Source: an uncultured Christensenella sp. (GTDB lineage Bacteria > Bacillota > Clostridia > Christensenellales > UBA3700). From it: a stretch of 44,796 nt of DNA. The position numbers and the translations under genes are program-made. A model generated the notes under the pieces. It searched no databases and was not told where the DNA came from. It saw nothing but the letters and a program-made list of their open reading frames with translations. The stretch lies in assembly GCA_910576875.1 (NCBI GenBank), contig CAJTKI010000003.1, positions 1 through 44,796 on the forward strand, in the 5' to 3' direction. Every line of letters begins with the position of its first letter. Position 1 is the first letter of the stretch. Below are positions 18,826 to 28,136 of this stretch, one piece after another.

Positions 18826-20703
18826 TCACTCCTCCCCGATCGCGCCGAACGGACAAGCCGTCAGACACGCGCCGCACTTGATGCACTTGTCCGGATCGAT
18901 CCGGAACGGCTGTTTGATCACGCCGGAGATCGCGAGCACCGGACACTGACGCGCGCACTTGCTGCAACCTTTGCATCGATCCGCATCGATGTAGATGCGT
19001 TTGAGTTTGGTGCACACGTGCGTCGGACATTTTTTGTCTACGACGTGCGCGAGATACTCGTCGCGGAAATATTTGAGCGTGCTGACCACAGGTCCCGCCG
19101 CGGTTTTGCCCAGTCCGCACAGCGCGGTCTGCGAAATCGTATCCGCCAATTCCAACAGCATGTCCAGATCGGACAGTTCGCCGTTGCCGGAGACGATCTT
19201 TTCGAGCACTTCGAGCATGCGCTTGGTGCCTTCGCGACACGGCACGCACTTGCCGCACGACTCGTTTTGCGTAAAGTTCATGAAAAACCGCGCGACTTCG
19301 ACCATGCACGTGTGTTCGTCCATGACGACCAATCCGCCCGATCCGATCATCGCGCCCGCCTTTTTGAGCGAATCGAAATCCAACGGCATATCCAGATGTT
19401 CCTTGGTCAGGCAACCGCCCGACGGGCCGCCGATCTGCACGGCCTTGAAATCGTGTCCGTCTTTGATACCGCCGCCGATGTCGAAGACGACTTCGCGCAG
19501 CGTCGTGCCCATCGGCACTTCGATCAAGCCGGTGTTGCGGACGTTGCCGGTCAGCGCAAACGCCTTGGTGCCCGGACTCGTCTGCGTGCCGATCGACGCA
19601 AACCATTGCGCGCCGTTGCGCACGATCAGCGGCACGGTCGCAAACGTCTCGACGTTGTTGAGCACGGTCAGCTTACCGAACAGTCCCGCTTCCACGGTGC
19701 GCGGCGGTTTGACGCGCGGCATGCCGCGGTTGCCCTCAATCGATGCGGTCATCGCACTGCCTTCGCCGCAGACGAACGCGCCCGCGCCTTGGTTGATCAC
19801 GATGTCGAAATCGAACCCGCTGCCCAAAATATCCGCGCCGAGCAATCCATACGCCCGCGCCTGGTCGACGGCGTTGTGCAGCCGTTCGACGGCGAGCGGA
19901 TATTCCGCCCGCACATAGATGTATCCCTTTTGCGCGCCGACCGCGCGTCCGGCGATCAACATGCCTTCGATCACGCAGTGCGGATTGCCTTCCATGATGC
20001 TACGATCCATGAACGCGCCCGGATCGCCTTCGTCGCCGTTGCAGACGACGTAGCGGATCGGCTCGCGCTGCGCGCGCACCTGTTCCCACTTGCGTCCCGT
20101 CGGATAGCCGCCGCCCCCGCGTCCGCGCAATCCGGCATCGCCGACGATCTTGCAGATCTCTTCGCCGCGCATGCCCAGCGCGTCCGCAAACGCGCCGTAG
20201 CCGCCCAGCGCCAGATATTCTTCGATGTCTTCGGCGTTGATGTGTCCGCAGTCGCGCAGGACGACCCGCGTCTGTTTGGCATAGAACGGGATATCGTACT
20301 GCGCCGCATATGCGGGATTGTTCTCATAGATCAAACGCTCGATCAGTTCGCCCTTCACGATGGATTGCGATACGATCTCTTCGCAGTCTTCCGGACGCAC
20401 TTTGGTATACAGCCATCCTTGCGGATCGATCCTGACCAGCGGTCCCAGTTCGCAAAATCCGTTGCAACCGCTCTTTTTCACGCCGATGTCGGGATGATCG
20501 ACATGCTCACGCAGCGACACCTGCACCTGCAAGCCGCGCTCCCGACACAATTCGATCAACCGTTCGTATATGCGCAACGATCCGCCCGCGAGACAACCCG
20601 TGCCCGCGCAGACGAGCACTTGCGTCGGCTGCGCCCGCATACGCTCGGCGGCGAAATTTTGGCGTTGCCGCAACGCTTCGATATCGGCAATCCGATCAGA
20701 CAT
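18826..20703 (-). CDS. hydB: NuoF-like NAD(P)H-binding flavoprotein subunit of bifurcating hydrogenase
   Basis: 625 aa with a thioredoxin-like 2Fe-2S N-terminus and an FMN/NADH block (GRGGGGYPTGRKWE). It also has an SLBB domain and 4Fe-4S module (ESCGKCVPCREG) and two C-terminal ferredoxin CxxCxxCxxxCP motifs. Confidence 0.92.
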   Translation of the reverse strand: MSDRIADIEALRQRQNFAAERMRAQPTQVLVCAGTGCLAGGSLRIYERLIELCRERGLQVQVSLREHVDHPDIGVKKSGCNGFCELGPLVRIDPQGWLYTKVRPEDCEEIVSQSIVKGELIERLIYENNPAYAAQYDIPFYAKQTRVVLRDCGHINAEDIEEYLALGGYGAFADALGMRGEEICKIVGDAGLRGRGGGGYPTGRKWEQVRAQREPIRYVVCNGDEGDPGAFMDRSIMEGNPHCVIEGMLIAGRAVGAQKGYIYVRAEYPLAVERLHNAVDQARAYGLLGADILGSGFDFDIVINQGAGAFVCGEGSAMTASIEGNRGMPRVKPPRTVEAGLFGKLTVLNNVETFATVPLIVRNGAQWFASIGTQTSPGTKAFALTGNVRNTGLIEVPMGTTLREVVFDIGGGIKDGHDFKAVQIGGPSGGCLTKEHLDMPLDFDSLKKAGAMIGSGGLVVMDEHTCMVEVARFFMNFTQNESCGKCVPCREGTKRMLEVLEKIVSGNGELSDLDMLLELADTISQTALCGLGKTAAGPVVSTLKYFRDEYLAHVVDKKCPTHVCTKLKRIYIDADRCKGCSKCARQCPVLAISGVIKQPFRIDPDKCIKCGACLTACPFGAIGEE

Positions 20704-21175
20704 GTTCGCGCTCCTTCAACTCGCGGACGAGTTCCTTGACTTTTTCTGGCGTCATCGCCGGATAAACGACGTCGTTGACGGTCAGCACGGGCGCAAGTCC
20801 GCAAGCGCCCAAACAGGAGACCGTCTCGATCGTAAACAACAGATCGTCCGTCGTGTTGGAATCGTACACCAATCCCAACTCTCCGCGCAACGCGTTGAGT
20901 ACGGCGGTCGATTTGCGCACGTGGCACGCGGTGCCGTCGCAAACGCGGAATACGTATTTGCCTTTCGGTGAGAGAGAAAAATTCTCGTAAAACGTCGCAA
21001 CGCTGTATACCTTGGCGCAGCTGATCCCCAGCTTGGCTGCGATATACTCCATCGACTCTTGCGACAGATATCGGAAATGCGCCTGAATCTCTTGCATGAT
21101 CGCAATCAGATTGGTCGCATCGCAGTTGTGCGCCGTCAAAATCCGATCGACGACGGCGCAGTCTTTTTCACGCAT
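20696..21175 (-). CDS. hydC: NuoE-like 2Fe-2S subunit of bifurcating hydrogenase
   Basis: 159 aa from MREKDCAVVD, whose ATG follows AAGGGGGA by 4 nt. The ORF-track start 6 codons upstream is a TTG with no SD. Motifs are CDGTACH and SCLGACGLAP. It overlaps the hydB start by 8 nt. Confidence 0.9.
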   Translation of the reverse strand: MREKDCAVVDRILTAHNCDATNLIAIMQEIQAHFRYLSQESMEYIAAKLGISCAKVYSVATFYENFSLSPKGKYVFRVCDGTACHVRKSTAVLNALRGELGLVYDSNTTDDLLFTIETVSCLGACGLAPVLTVNDVVYPAMTPEKVKELVRELKEREHV

Positions 21176-21186
21176 ACGGTCCCCCT

Positions 21187-21204
21187 TTGTCAAACTTGTG
21201 ACAA
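21187..21204. promoter_or_regulatory. 18-bp palindrome TTGTCA-N6-TGACAA overlapping the predicted hyd transcription start (Rex- or CRP/FNR-type operator candidate)
   Basis: TTGTCAAACTTGTGACAA has perfect 6+6 arms. It lies between the -10 (21209-21214) and the RBS. Confidence 0.4.
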
Positions 21205-21208
21205 TGTC

Positions 21209-21237
21209 AGTATAACAGATGCCCGCGCGCTTTACAA
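21209..21237 (-). promoter_or_regulatory. Candidate promoter of hydCBA
   Basis: The minus strand reads TTGTAA (21237-21232), a 17-nt spacer, then TATACT (21214-21209). Confidence 0.5.
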
Positions 21238-21322
21238 GGGGTATTCGTTATTTTTTTGACACAGAGCGCAAACGTCCGCCGCCGTGCTTGCGCGATCTGC
21301 GTCTTTGCTTGCGACGGCATGC

Positions 21323-21348
21323 AAAAACGGGCGAATTTCGCCCGTTTT
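21323..21348 (-). terminator. Intrinsic terminator after the DAHP synthase gene
   Basis: AAAACGGGCG-AATTT-CGCCCGTTTT. A GC stem is flanked by A and T runs, about 20 nt after the stop. Confidence 0.65.
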
Positions 21349-21367
21349 CTTACCGTTTTGCGTCGCG

Positions 21368-22396
21368 TTACAGCGCGTCCGCCAGATCGTAGAGCAACCG
21401 CTCCGTCTTCTCCCATCCCAGACACTCGTCCGTGATCGACTTGCCGTACACGCATTCGCTCGGCTTTTGATTCCCGTCTTCGATATAACTCTCGATCAGG
21501 AATCCTTTTACGATCTCGTGCATCCGCGCGCTGTACTTCATGTTCGCGACGATCTCGTGCGCGATCCGCACCTGTTCCATTGCTTTCTTGTCGCTGTTGG
21601 AATGGTTCGTATCGATCACAATCGCGGGATTGCGCAAGCCTTGCTCTTCGTACATCTGCGCGAAACGCATCACGTCTTCGTAGTGATAATTCGGCTCGTT
21701 GTTGCCGTACACGTCCACGCTGCCCCGCAGGATCGCATGCGCGTACGGATTGCCCGCCGTCTTGACCTGACACCCGCCGTACTTGAACTCGTTGGGAATC
21801 TGCGCCGCGTAAATCCCGTTGAGCGTGACCGGAAAACTGCCGTGCATCGGATTCTTGATCCCGACCGGCACGTCCACGCCGCTCGCGACGAGACGGTGCT
21901 GCTGGTTCTCGGACGAACGCGCGCCGACCGCCACATAGGTAAGCAAATCGTCCAGATACAAATGATTCTCCGGATACAGCATCTCGTCCGCGGCGCTCAG
22001 TCCGCTCTCGCGCAGCGCGCGCAGATGCATATGCCGCAATGCGAGAATGCCGGCTTGAATGTCGGTGACGTTCTTGTGCGGATCGGGATTGTGCAAAATC
22101 CCTTTATATCCTTCCCCTTTCGTGCGCGGCTTGTTGGTGTAAATCCGCGGCACGATAAACAGTTTGTCCCGCACGCGATCGAAGACGCGCGCCAAACGCG
22201 ACACATAGTCGCAGACCGCCTCTTCGTTGTCGGCGGAACACGGTCCGACGATCACGAGTTTGCGCGCGTCCTTGCCCGCGATGATGTCGCGCACCGTCTC
22301 GTCGCGCTCCGCCTTGACCCGCGCCAATTCCGCGGGGATCGGAACCATCTGTTTGACCTGATCGGCGGATGCGATCGTCTGTACCGTCTTAAACAT
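21368..22396 (-). CDS. aroG: 3-deoxy-7-phosphoheptulonate (DAHP) synthase, class I AroF/G/H type
   Basis: 342 aa from MFKTVQTIAS (RBS GGGAGAG). Blocks LVIVGPCS, TNKPRT, GARSSENQQHR and YGKSITDECLGWEKTERLL are collinear with E. coli AroG as I recall it. The long ORF-track N-terminal extension is discarded. Confidence 0.9.
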   Translation of the reverse strand: MFKTVQTIASADQVKQMVPIPAELARVKAERDETVRDIIAGKDARKLVIVGPCSADNEEAVCDYVSRLARVFDRVRDKLFIVPRIYTNKPRTKGEGYKGILHNPDPHKNVTDIQAGILALRHMHLRALRESGLSAADEMLYPENHLYLDDLLTYVAVGARSSENQQHRLVASGVDVPVGIKNPMHGSFPVTLNGIYAAQIPNEFKYGGCQVKTAGNPYAHAILRGSVDVYGNNEPNYHYEDVMRFAQMYEEQGLRNPAIVIDTNHSNSDKKAMEQVRIAHEIVANMKYSARMHEIVKGFLIESYIEDGNQKPSECVYGKSITDECLGWEKTERLLYDLADAL

Positions 22397-22485
22397 TTTT
22401 TCTCTCCCAATCTCGCGCGACCCGCGTCGAGATTTCCGATAGCGTAATACGCCGTCCGCTGCGCGGCGCGCGTATCCGTCGATCA

Positions 22486-22514
22486 GTATACACCGATCGC
22501 GCCCAAAAGACAAA
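22486..22514 (-). promoter_or_regulatory. Candidate promoter of the DAHP synthase gene
   Basis: The minus strand reads TTGTCT (22514-22509), a 17-nt spacer, then TATACT (22491-22486). This leaves a leader of about 85 nt. Confidence 0.4.
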
Positions 22515-22589
22515 CGATCGCGAGCAGTGCGCGACGGATTTCGTCGAATCCCGATGGCGGACAAGCTTATAACTTTATGGGCGCGCACG

Positions 22590-22618
22590 TTGACTTTTGC
22601 CGCAAAATCGGATACAAT
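22590..22618 (+). promoter_or_regulatory. Candidate promoter of the amylomaltase-pullulanase gene
   Basis: TTGACT (22590-22595), a 17-nt spacer, then TACAAT (22613-22618). Confidence 0.55.
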
Positions 22619-22663
22619 AGCCGTGATTACGGCGCGCGCGACGCGCGCCGACGCGGAGGAACG

Positions 22664-25600
22664 ATGGAAACCAGACAAGCAGGCGTACTGCTCCCCGTCT
22701 TTTCGTTGCCGTCCCCGTACGGGATCGGCTCGCTCGGCAAGGCCGCCTACGATTGGATCGACTGGCTTGTCGCCGCTCGCATGCGGATCTGGCAAATGCT
22801 GCCGCTCGTCCCGACGGGAGACGGCAATTCGCCGTATTCGTCGGTCTGCGCGAGCGCGTTCAGCCCGTATCTGATCGACTTGGATACGCTCGTCGAGCGC
22901 GGACTGCTCGACGCGGACGATTTGCGCGCGTTGCGTTGCGACGACGATCCGACGCGCGTCGATTACGCTCGGGTGCGCGAGACGCACGATCTAATGCTGC
23001 GCAAGGCGTTCGGCAAATTCGATCGGACGCAAGCGGATTTCATCGCGTTCGCACAGCAAGAAAACTATCTGAATTTCGCATATTACCAAACGATCAAACA
23101 GTTGCACGCGCAAGCGGCTTGGACGCATTGGGACGCTTCGCTGCGCAACCGCACGCCCGACGCGCTGCATACGTTGCGCGCGGCATGCGGCGACGAAATC
23201 GACTATTGGCTGTGGACGCAGTACGAATGCCTGCGGCAGTGGAACGCGCTGCGCGACTACGCCCGCGATCGCGGCGTATTGCTGATGGGCGACATGCCGA
23301 TGTACGTCGCGCACGACAGCGTCGAAGTATGGACGCGTCCGGAATTGTTCGATCTGGATCCCGTCACGCTGCAACCGCGTCGCGTCGCAGGCGTACCGCC
23401 CGACTATTTCTGCGCGGACGGTCAACTGTGGGGCAATCCGCTCTACGCGTGGCAGACCCGACGCGAAGACTGCCTGCAATGGTGGAACGAGCGCATCGCG
23501 CATGCGATGGCATTGTTCGATATCGTGCGGATCGACCATTTCCGCGCGTTCGACCGCTATTACAGCGTGGACGCCAAAGCCGACACCGCGCGCGAAGGCG
23601 AATGGCTGGACGGCGCGCGGATCGATCTGTTCCGCGACAAGACGCATCTGGACATCGTCGCCGAAGATCTGGGCACGATCGACGACGGCGTGCGCGAACT
23701 GATTGCCGCGACCGGATATCCGGGCATGCGCGTGCTGGAATTCGGCATGGACGGCAACCGCGCCAACGATCACAAACCCTGCAACTACCCGCCGCGCTCG
23801 GTCGCGTATACCGGCACGCACGACAACATGCCGCTCGCGGGATTTTTGCTCGATCTGACGGAAGCGGAACGCGAGACGTTTGCGCGCGAATTGCGTTTGC
23901 AATGCCGCCTGCACAACGTCCCGTACGACGATACGGACGATCGCGCGATCTGCGACAGCTGTATCCGAACGCTGTACGCGAGTCTCGCGCGGCGCGTCAT
24001 ATTGCCCGTACAAGATATCTTGGGCGGCGGCAAGGAGACGCGCGTCAACCTGCCCGGCACCGTATCCGACGCCAACTGGTCGTACCGCATGCGCGACGGC
24101 GAAGCGAGCGCCGAGCTCGCGCGCAAGTACGCCGAACTCGCGCGACAATACGAGCGTTGCGACGACACCGCGCCCGTGTTCGACGACGCGCCCGGCGCGC
24201 GGCATACCAAATACGGCACGCGATTCCGGATCTGGTCTCCGACCGGGCGCGACATGCGACTGCGCCTGTATCGGGACGGCGAACGCGCCAATGCGTTCTT
24301 GGACGTGCCGATGCGGCGCGACGGCGAATTTTACGAAACCTACGTCGGAGGCGACCTGCACGGCGTGTATTATACGTTTGTCAACAACGGACGCGAAAGC
24401 GTCGATCCCTGCACGCTCGCGGTCGGCGTCAACGGACTGCGCGGCATGATCGTCGATCTGCGCCGCACCGATCCGGACGGCTGGCAAGACGACCGCTGCC
24501 CGCGGATCACGCATCCGATCGTCTGGGAAGTGCATGTGCGCGACTTCTCGATCGATCCGTCGCTTGCCTGTCCGCAAGCGGGCAAATACGGCGGATTCGC
24601 GCGCGGCGCGCGCACGGCGGGCGGATACAGCGCGCTCGTCGATTATCTGGTCGAACTCGGCGTCACGTACGTCCAGTTGTTGCCCGTCGCCGACTACTGC
24701 ACGGTGGACGAACACACCTGTTCGACGCGCAACTGGGGCTACGATCCGTGGCTGTACAGCGCGCCCGAAGGCAGTTACAGCGCCGACCCGACGGACGGCG
24801 CGTCGCGCATTCGCGAACTCAAACAGTTGATCGCGACGTTGCACGCCGCAGGCATCGGCGTGATCCTGGACGTCGTATACAACCACACCTATTACAGCGA
24901 CAAATCCAATCTGGAAATTCTCGCCCCCGACTGCTATTATCGCAAAATGCACGGCAGATATCTTAACGCGTCGGGCTGCGGGACGGAGATCGCGTCCGAG
25001 CGCGACCAAGTGCGCGCGATGATCGTACGATCGGTCTGCCACTGGGCAAAGGAATACCATGCGGACGGATTCCGTTTCGATCTGATGGGATGTCTGGATA
25101 CGGATACGATGCGCGCGATTCGCAGCGCGCTGGATACGATCGAACGCGACGAGCATCGCACGATCCTGACCTACGGCGAACCGTGGACGGCGCTGCCCAC
25201 CGCGCCGTGGATCGAGCCTTGCGATCTGCATCATATCGACCGACTGGATCCGACGGTCGGCGTCTTCAACTGTACGTTCCGCGACGGACTGCGCGGCTCC
25301 AACGCGCCGACGCGCGGCTATATCCAAGGCGACAAAACCTGTCTCGCGGCGGTCATCTCCGGCATCGAAGGCGGCACGCGCCTGCACGGGGCGCGCGACG
25401 GTCAGATGTGCGTGACGACGCCGTCCCAGCAAATCGGATACATGTCCGCGCACGACGACTATACGCTGTACGACCAGTTGCGGATCACGATGCCCTACGA
25501 CGACGAAAACGCGCTGCTCACCGCCAACAAACTGGGCGCGTTCGTGCTGATGTCGTCGCTGTGCGTCCCGTTCATGCAGGCGGGCGAAGAGTTTGCGCGC

Positions 25601-26044
25601 ACCAAACAGTATCAGAAGAATACGTACTGCGCGCCCGACGACGTCAACCAACTCGACTGGTCGCGACGCGAACGATACGACGAACTCGTGCAATTCTACC
25701 GCGGGCTGATCGACATCCGCAAACACAACGCCGCGCTGGCGGATCTGCAAAGCGCGCAACAGTCCTTTGAATGGATCGCGCACGAAGCCGAATACGGCGT
25801 GCTCGTCTACAAGATCGGCAAAATGATCTATTGCGTCAATCCGACGTTGCAACCCGCCTACATCGATCTGAGCGCATACGGCAGACTGCGCGTGCTCGCC
25901 GACTGGACACGCGCCGACTACACGCGCAAAGAATATACGCAAGGCGTCGTCACGGTATGGCAACGCAATATGCTGTGTCTGGAACTCGCGCCGCAACGCA
26001 AACCGTCCGCGTCCAAAGCGAAAACCGCGAAAAAATCGCGCTGA
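22664..26044 (+). CDS. Bifunctional-looking fusion of 4-alpha-glucanotransferase (GH77, MalQ) and type I pullulanase/debranching enzyme (GH13)
   Basis: 1126 aa from METRQAGVLLPVFSLPSPYGIGSLG (RBS GGAGGA). The N-terminal half, to about 24170, has GH77 blocks (DHFRAF, YTGTHDN). From about 24200 there are pullulanase blocks: RFRIWSP, NWGYDP, ILDVVYNHT, GFRFDLMG, YGEPW and YMSAHDD. Confidence 0.9.
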   Translation: METRQAGVLLPVFSLPSPYGIGSLGKAAYDWIDWLVAARMRIWQMLPLVPTGDGNSPYSSVCASAFSPYLIDLDTLVERGLLDADDLRALRCDDDPTRVDYARVRETHDLMLRKAFGKFDRTQADFIAFAQQENYLNFAYYQTIKQLHAQAAWTHWDASLRNRTPDALHTLRAACGDEIDYWLWTQYECLRQWNALRDYARDRGVLLMGDMPMYVAHDSVEVWTRPELFDLDPVTLQPRRVAGVPPDYFCADGQLWGNPLYAWQTRREDCLQWWNERIAHAMALFDIVRIDHFRAFDRYYSVDAKADTAREGEWLDGARIDLFRDKTHLDIVAEDLGTIDDGVRELIAATGYPGMRVLEFGMDGNRANDHKPCNYPPRSVAYTGTHDNMPLAGFLLDLTEAERETFARELRLQCRLHNVPYDDTDDRAICDSCIRTLYASLARRVILPVQDILGGGKETRVNLPGTVSDANWSYRMRDGEASAELARKYAELARQYERCDDTAPVFDDAPGARHTKYGTRFRIWSPTGRDMRLRLYRDGERANAFLDVPMRRDGEFYETYVGGDLHGVYYTFVNNGRESVDPCTLAVGVNGLRGMIVDLRRTDPDGWQDDRCPRITHPIVWEVHVRDFSIDPSLACPQAGKYGGFARGARTAGGYSALVDYLVELGVTYVQLLPVADYCTVDEHTCSTRNWGYDPWLYSAPEGSYSADPTDGASRIRELKQLIATLHAAGIGVILDVVYNHTYYSDKSNLEILAPDCYYRKMHGRYLNASGCGTEIASERDQVRAMIVRSVCHWAKEYHADGFRFDLMGCLDTDTMRAIRSALDTIERDEHRTILTYGEPWTALPTAPWIEPCDLHHIDRLDPTVGVFNCTFRDGLRGSNAPTRGYIQGDKTCLAAVISGIEGGTRLHGARDGQMCVTTPSQQIGYMSAHDDYTLYDQLRITMPYDDENALLTANKLGAFVLMSSLCVPFMQAGEEFARTKQYQKNTYCAPDDVNQLDWSRRERYDELVQFYRGLIDIRKHNAALADLQSAQQSFEWIAHEAEYGVLVYKIGKMIYCVNPTLQPAYIDLSAYGRLRVLADWTRADYTRKEYTQGVVTVWQRNMLCLELAPQRKPSASKAKTAKKSR

Positions 26045-26064
26045 AAACCTTAAAAAAACGCATG

Positions 26065-26094
26065 AAAAAACGGGCTTTTTCGCCCGTTTTTTTG
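26065..26094. terminator. Bidirectional intrinsic terminator
   Basis: AAAACGGGC-TTTTTC-GCCCGTTTT with an A-run upstream and a T-run downstream. It lies between convergent genes. Confidence 0.75.
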
Positions 26095-26101
26095 ATTGCG
26101 T

Positions 26102-27058
26102 TTACGCGTTGCAACTCAGATCGGTCAAGATCTCTCCGCTGTCCGCATCCTGATACATCATCCAATAGCCGCGGCCGCCCTTTTCCAACTCCATCCATTG
26201 CCGGCACGCGTTGCTGCATTCGGGCGGATGTTTGCCGTCCGCATCGGGCACGCCGTAACAGATCACGCGCGGGCGGTCGAGCGGGGACACGACCCCGACC
26301 ACATAATAATCGTCGTCTGCGACGGGCACGCGCACCCAGCGGCTGTCCGTCACGAGCGCCTGCAACTCCGCGTCTTCGGGATAACTGCGCATGATCTCGT
26401 CCAACTGCGTACGAACTTGCGTATAGAACGGATCGCCGTTGTCGCGCGGCTTGGTCTTTCTGCCGCGTTTGTTTCCGACGGGTTCGCGCGTTTGCCGCTC
26501 GGACGTCGGCTCCTGCGCGCGCTCCGCTTCGGGCGCGCCCGTCATCGGCTGCGGTTGCACCGCCGCAACGTCCGCATCGACCGACATATCGCTTGCATCG
26601 ACCGATTGCGCCGACGCATTCGACATTGTTTGCGTCGGTTCGACATCCGACGACATATCCGCGTCGGTTTCGTCGTCCGCCGATTCCTGCGCTTGCTCCG
26701 CCGCGAACTGCGGTACGAAGTCCTGTCTGCGGATCCGCTCCCGCGCCGCGGTCGCAAAATTGCCGTACGCAAATCCGATGCCGCGGTTGCTGCCCGAGCA
26801 TACGACCTGATCGCCTTGCAACACGATCGCCTGCACTTCGCCTTGCAGATCGTTGGGCAACGTTTCGTATTCCGACATGCCCAACGGCGCGCACAGAATC
26901 ACATCCTGGTCTGCGCGCACGCAAATGTATCCTTCGTCCATGCCGTACAGTTGCACCGCGCAAGTCGTCCGCTCGCGGAAATATTCGAGTTTGAGCAAAC
27001 CGCTGACCCGACGGTCGTCCGCGCTCCCCATCACCAAAGTTTTTTTGACTACCAACAT
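26102..27058 (-). CDS. Hypothetical protein with two globular ends and an acidic low-complexity linker
   Basis: 318 aa from MLVVKKTLVMG (RBS GGAGGG 6 nt upstream). The middle is D/E/S/A-rich. The C-terminus is YYVVGVV...VICYGVPDADGKHPPEC...GYWMMYQDADSGEIL. I did not recognise a family. Confidence 0.6.
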   Translation of the reverse strand: MLVVKKTLVMGSADDRRVSGLLKLEYFRERTTCAVQLYGMDEGYICVRADQDVILCAPLGMSEYETLPNDLQGEVQAIVLQGDQVVCSGSNRGIGFAYGNFATAARERIRRQDFVPQFAAEQAQESADDETDADMSSDVEPTQTMSNASAQSVDASDMSVDADVAAVQPQPMTGAPEAERAQEPTSERQTREPVGNKRGRKTKPRDNGDPFYTQVRTQLDEIMRSYPEDAELQALVTDSRWVRVPVADDDYYVVGVVSPLDRPRVICYGVPDADGKHPPECSNACRQWMELEKGGRGYWMMYQDADSGEILTDLSCNA

Positions 27059-27116
27059 ATGATACCCTCCGTCGGTAGTACGATATGCAACGGCAAGCGC
27101 GTTTAGACCGATCAAG

Positions 27117-27149
27117 ATAAAAAAATCCGTACCGCGTTTTCGGTACGGA
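27117..27149 (-). terminator. Intrinsic terminator of the PadR module
   Basis: On the minus strand, ATCCGTACCG-AAAACG-CGGTACGGAT (10-bp stem) is followed by T7. Confidence 0.7.
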
Positions 27150-27176
27150 TGATTTCATATGATCGTCGATATACGA

Positions 27177-28136
27177 TCAATCCTGTTTGATGCAACGGGC
27201 GTTGCCGTCGGGATTGTAAATTTTGGGCAATCCCCAATATTCGATCACGGCTCTGCCGGAAGAATAGATGGTCATCGTCTGTTCGACTTTGATCTGCACT
27301 TCGGCGACGCCGCTGACGCGGAACGTCGCTTCCTGCACGGTAAAAGTCGCCGCGTGGATCTCGCCCGCTCCCGAAATCGACGCGGTCAACGCGCGCGCCC
27401 CTTGACCGTCGAGCAGAATCTCCGTCGCGCCCGATCCGTTGATCGCGATCTGATCGTAATATCCGTCGCAATGCAAACGGGTACTGCCCGAATTGGTTAC
27501 TTTCAAATCGCGCACGTCGCCGCGCAGATCGATTGCGCTGGAACCGCTCGTCGTCAGGGACGCCGTATCCGCGGTCGCTTCCATACGAACTTCCGACGAA
27601 CCGGATACGTCCAGTCGGATATCCCGCGCCTGAATCGCGCCGTCGCAAACGATCTCGGACGAGCCCGATACTTGAAGCGCGATCGAATCGTACGATCCGC
27701 CCGGCAGCGTCAACTGCGTCGCGCCGGATATTTTGCCGACAAACGTGCCCCACGATTCGGGCGCGCTCGGCACCGTCACGACGATGTCGGTCACGCGGTG
27801 TTTATAGAACAGCATCTCATACCATTTGGTATAACGAACCTTTTCTTTGATCCGCAACACGCCGTCCGCCGCGCCGACGGTAAAGCTGTTAAATTCGCTG
27901 TCGCTGTACGCAATCCCGTACGTCTCGCCGATGCAAACGGTAAAATTGTGCATGCCCGCCAATTCAAAATCGATGCTGTCGAACGGCGTCTGCGTCAAAT
28001 CCGTTTCGTGTCGGGTATACTCGATCTCTTTGGATCCGAATCGGTTGTCGCTGCGCAAATACACGCCCCAGCCGACGCCGCCGACCGCAAGCCCGACGAC
28101 CAATAAAACCACCATGCCGATCACAAACTTTTTCAT
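27177..28136 (-). CDS. DUF4097/DUF2807-type beta-helical (adhesin-head-like) membrane-anchored protein
   Basis: 319 aa from MKKFVIGMVVLLVV (TM anchor). It has repeated SGSSE / SGSSA / SGATE / SGAGE beta-strand units. Its ATG overlaps the upstream stop (ATGA). Confidence 0.75.
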   Translation of the reverse strand: MKKFVIGMVVLLVVGLAVGGVGWGVYLRSDNRFGSKEIEYTRHETDLTQTPFDSIDFELAGMHNFTVCIGETYGIAYSDSEFNSFTVGAADGVLRIKEKVRYTKWYEMLFYKHRVTDIVVTVPSAPESWGTFVGKISGATQLTLPGGSYDSIALQVSGSSEIVCDGAIQARDIRLDVSGSSEVRMEATADTASLTTSGSSAIDLRGDVRDLKVTNSGSTRLHCDGYYDQIAINGSGATEILLDGQGARALTASISGAGEIHAATFTVQEATFRVSGVAEVQIKVEQTMTIYSSGRAVIEYWGLPKIYNPDGNARCIKQD

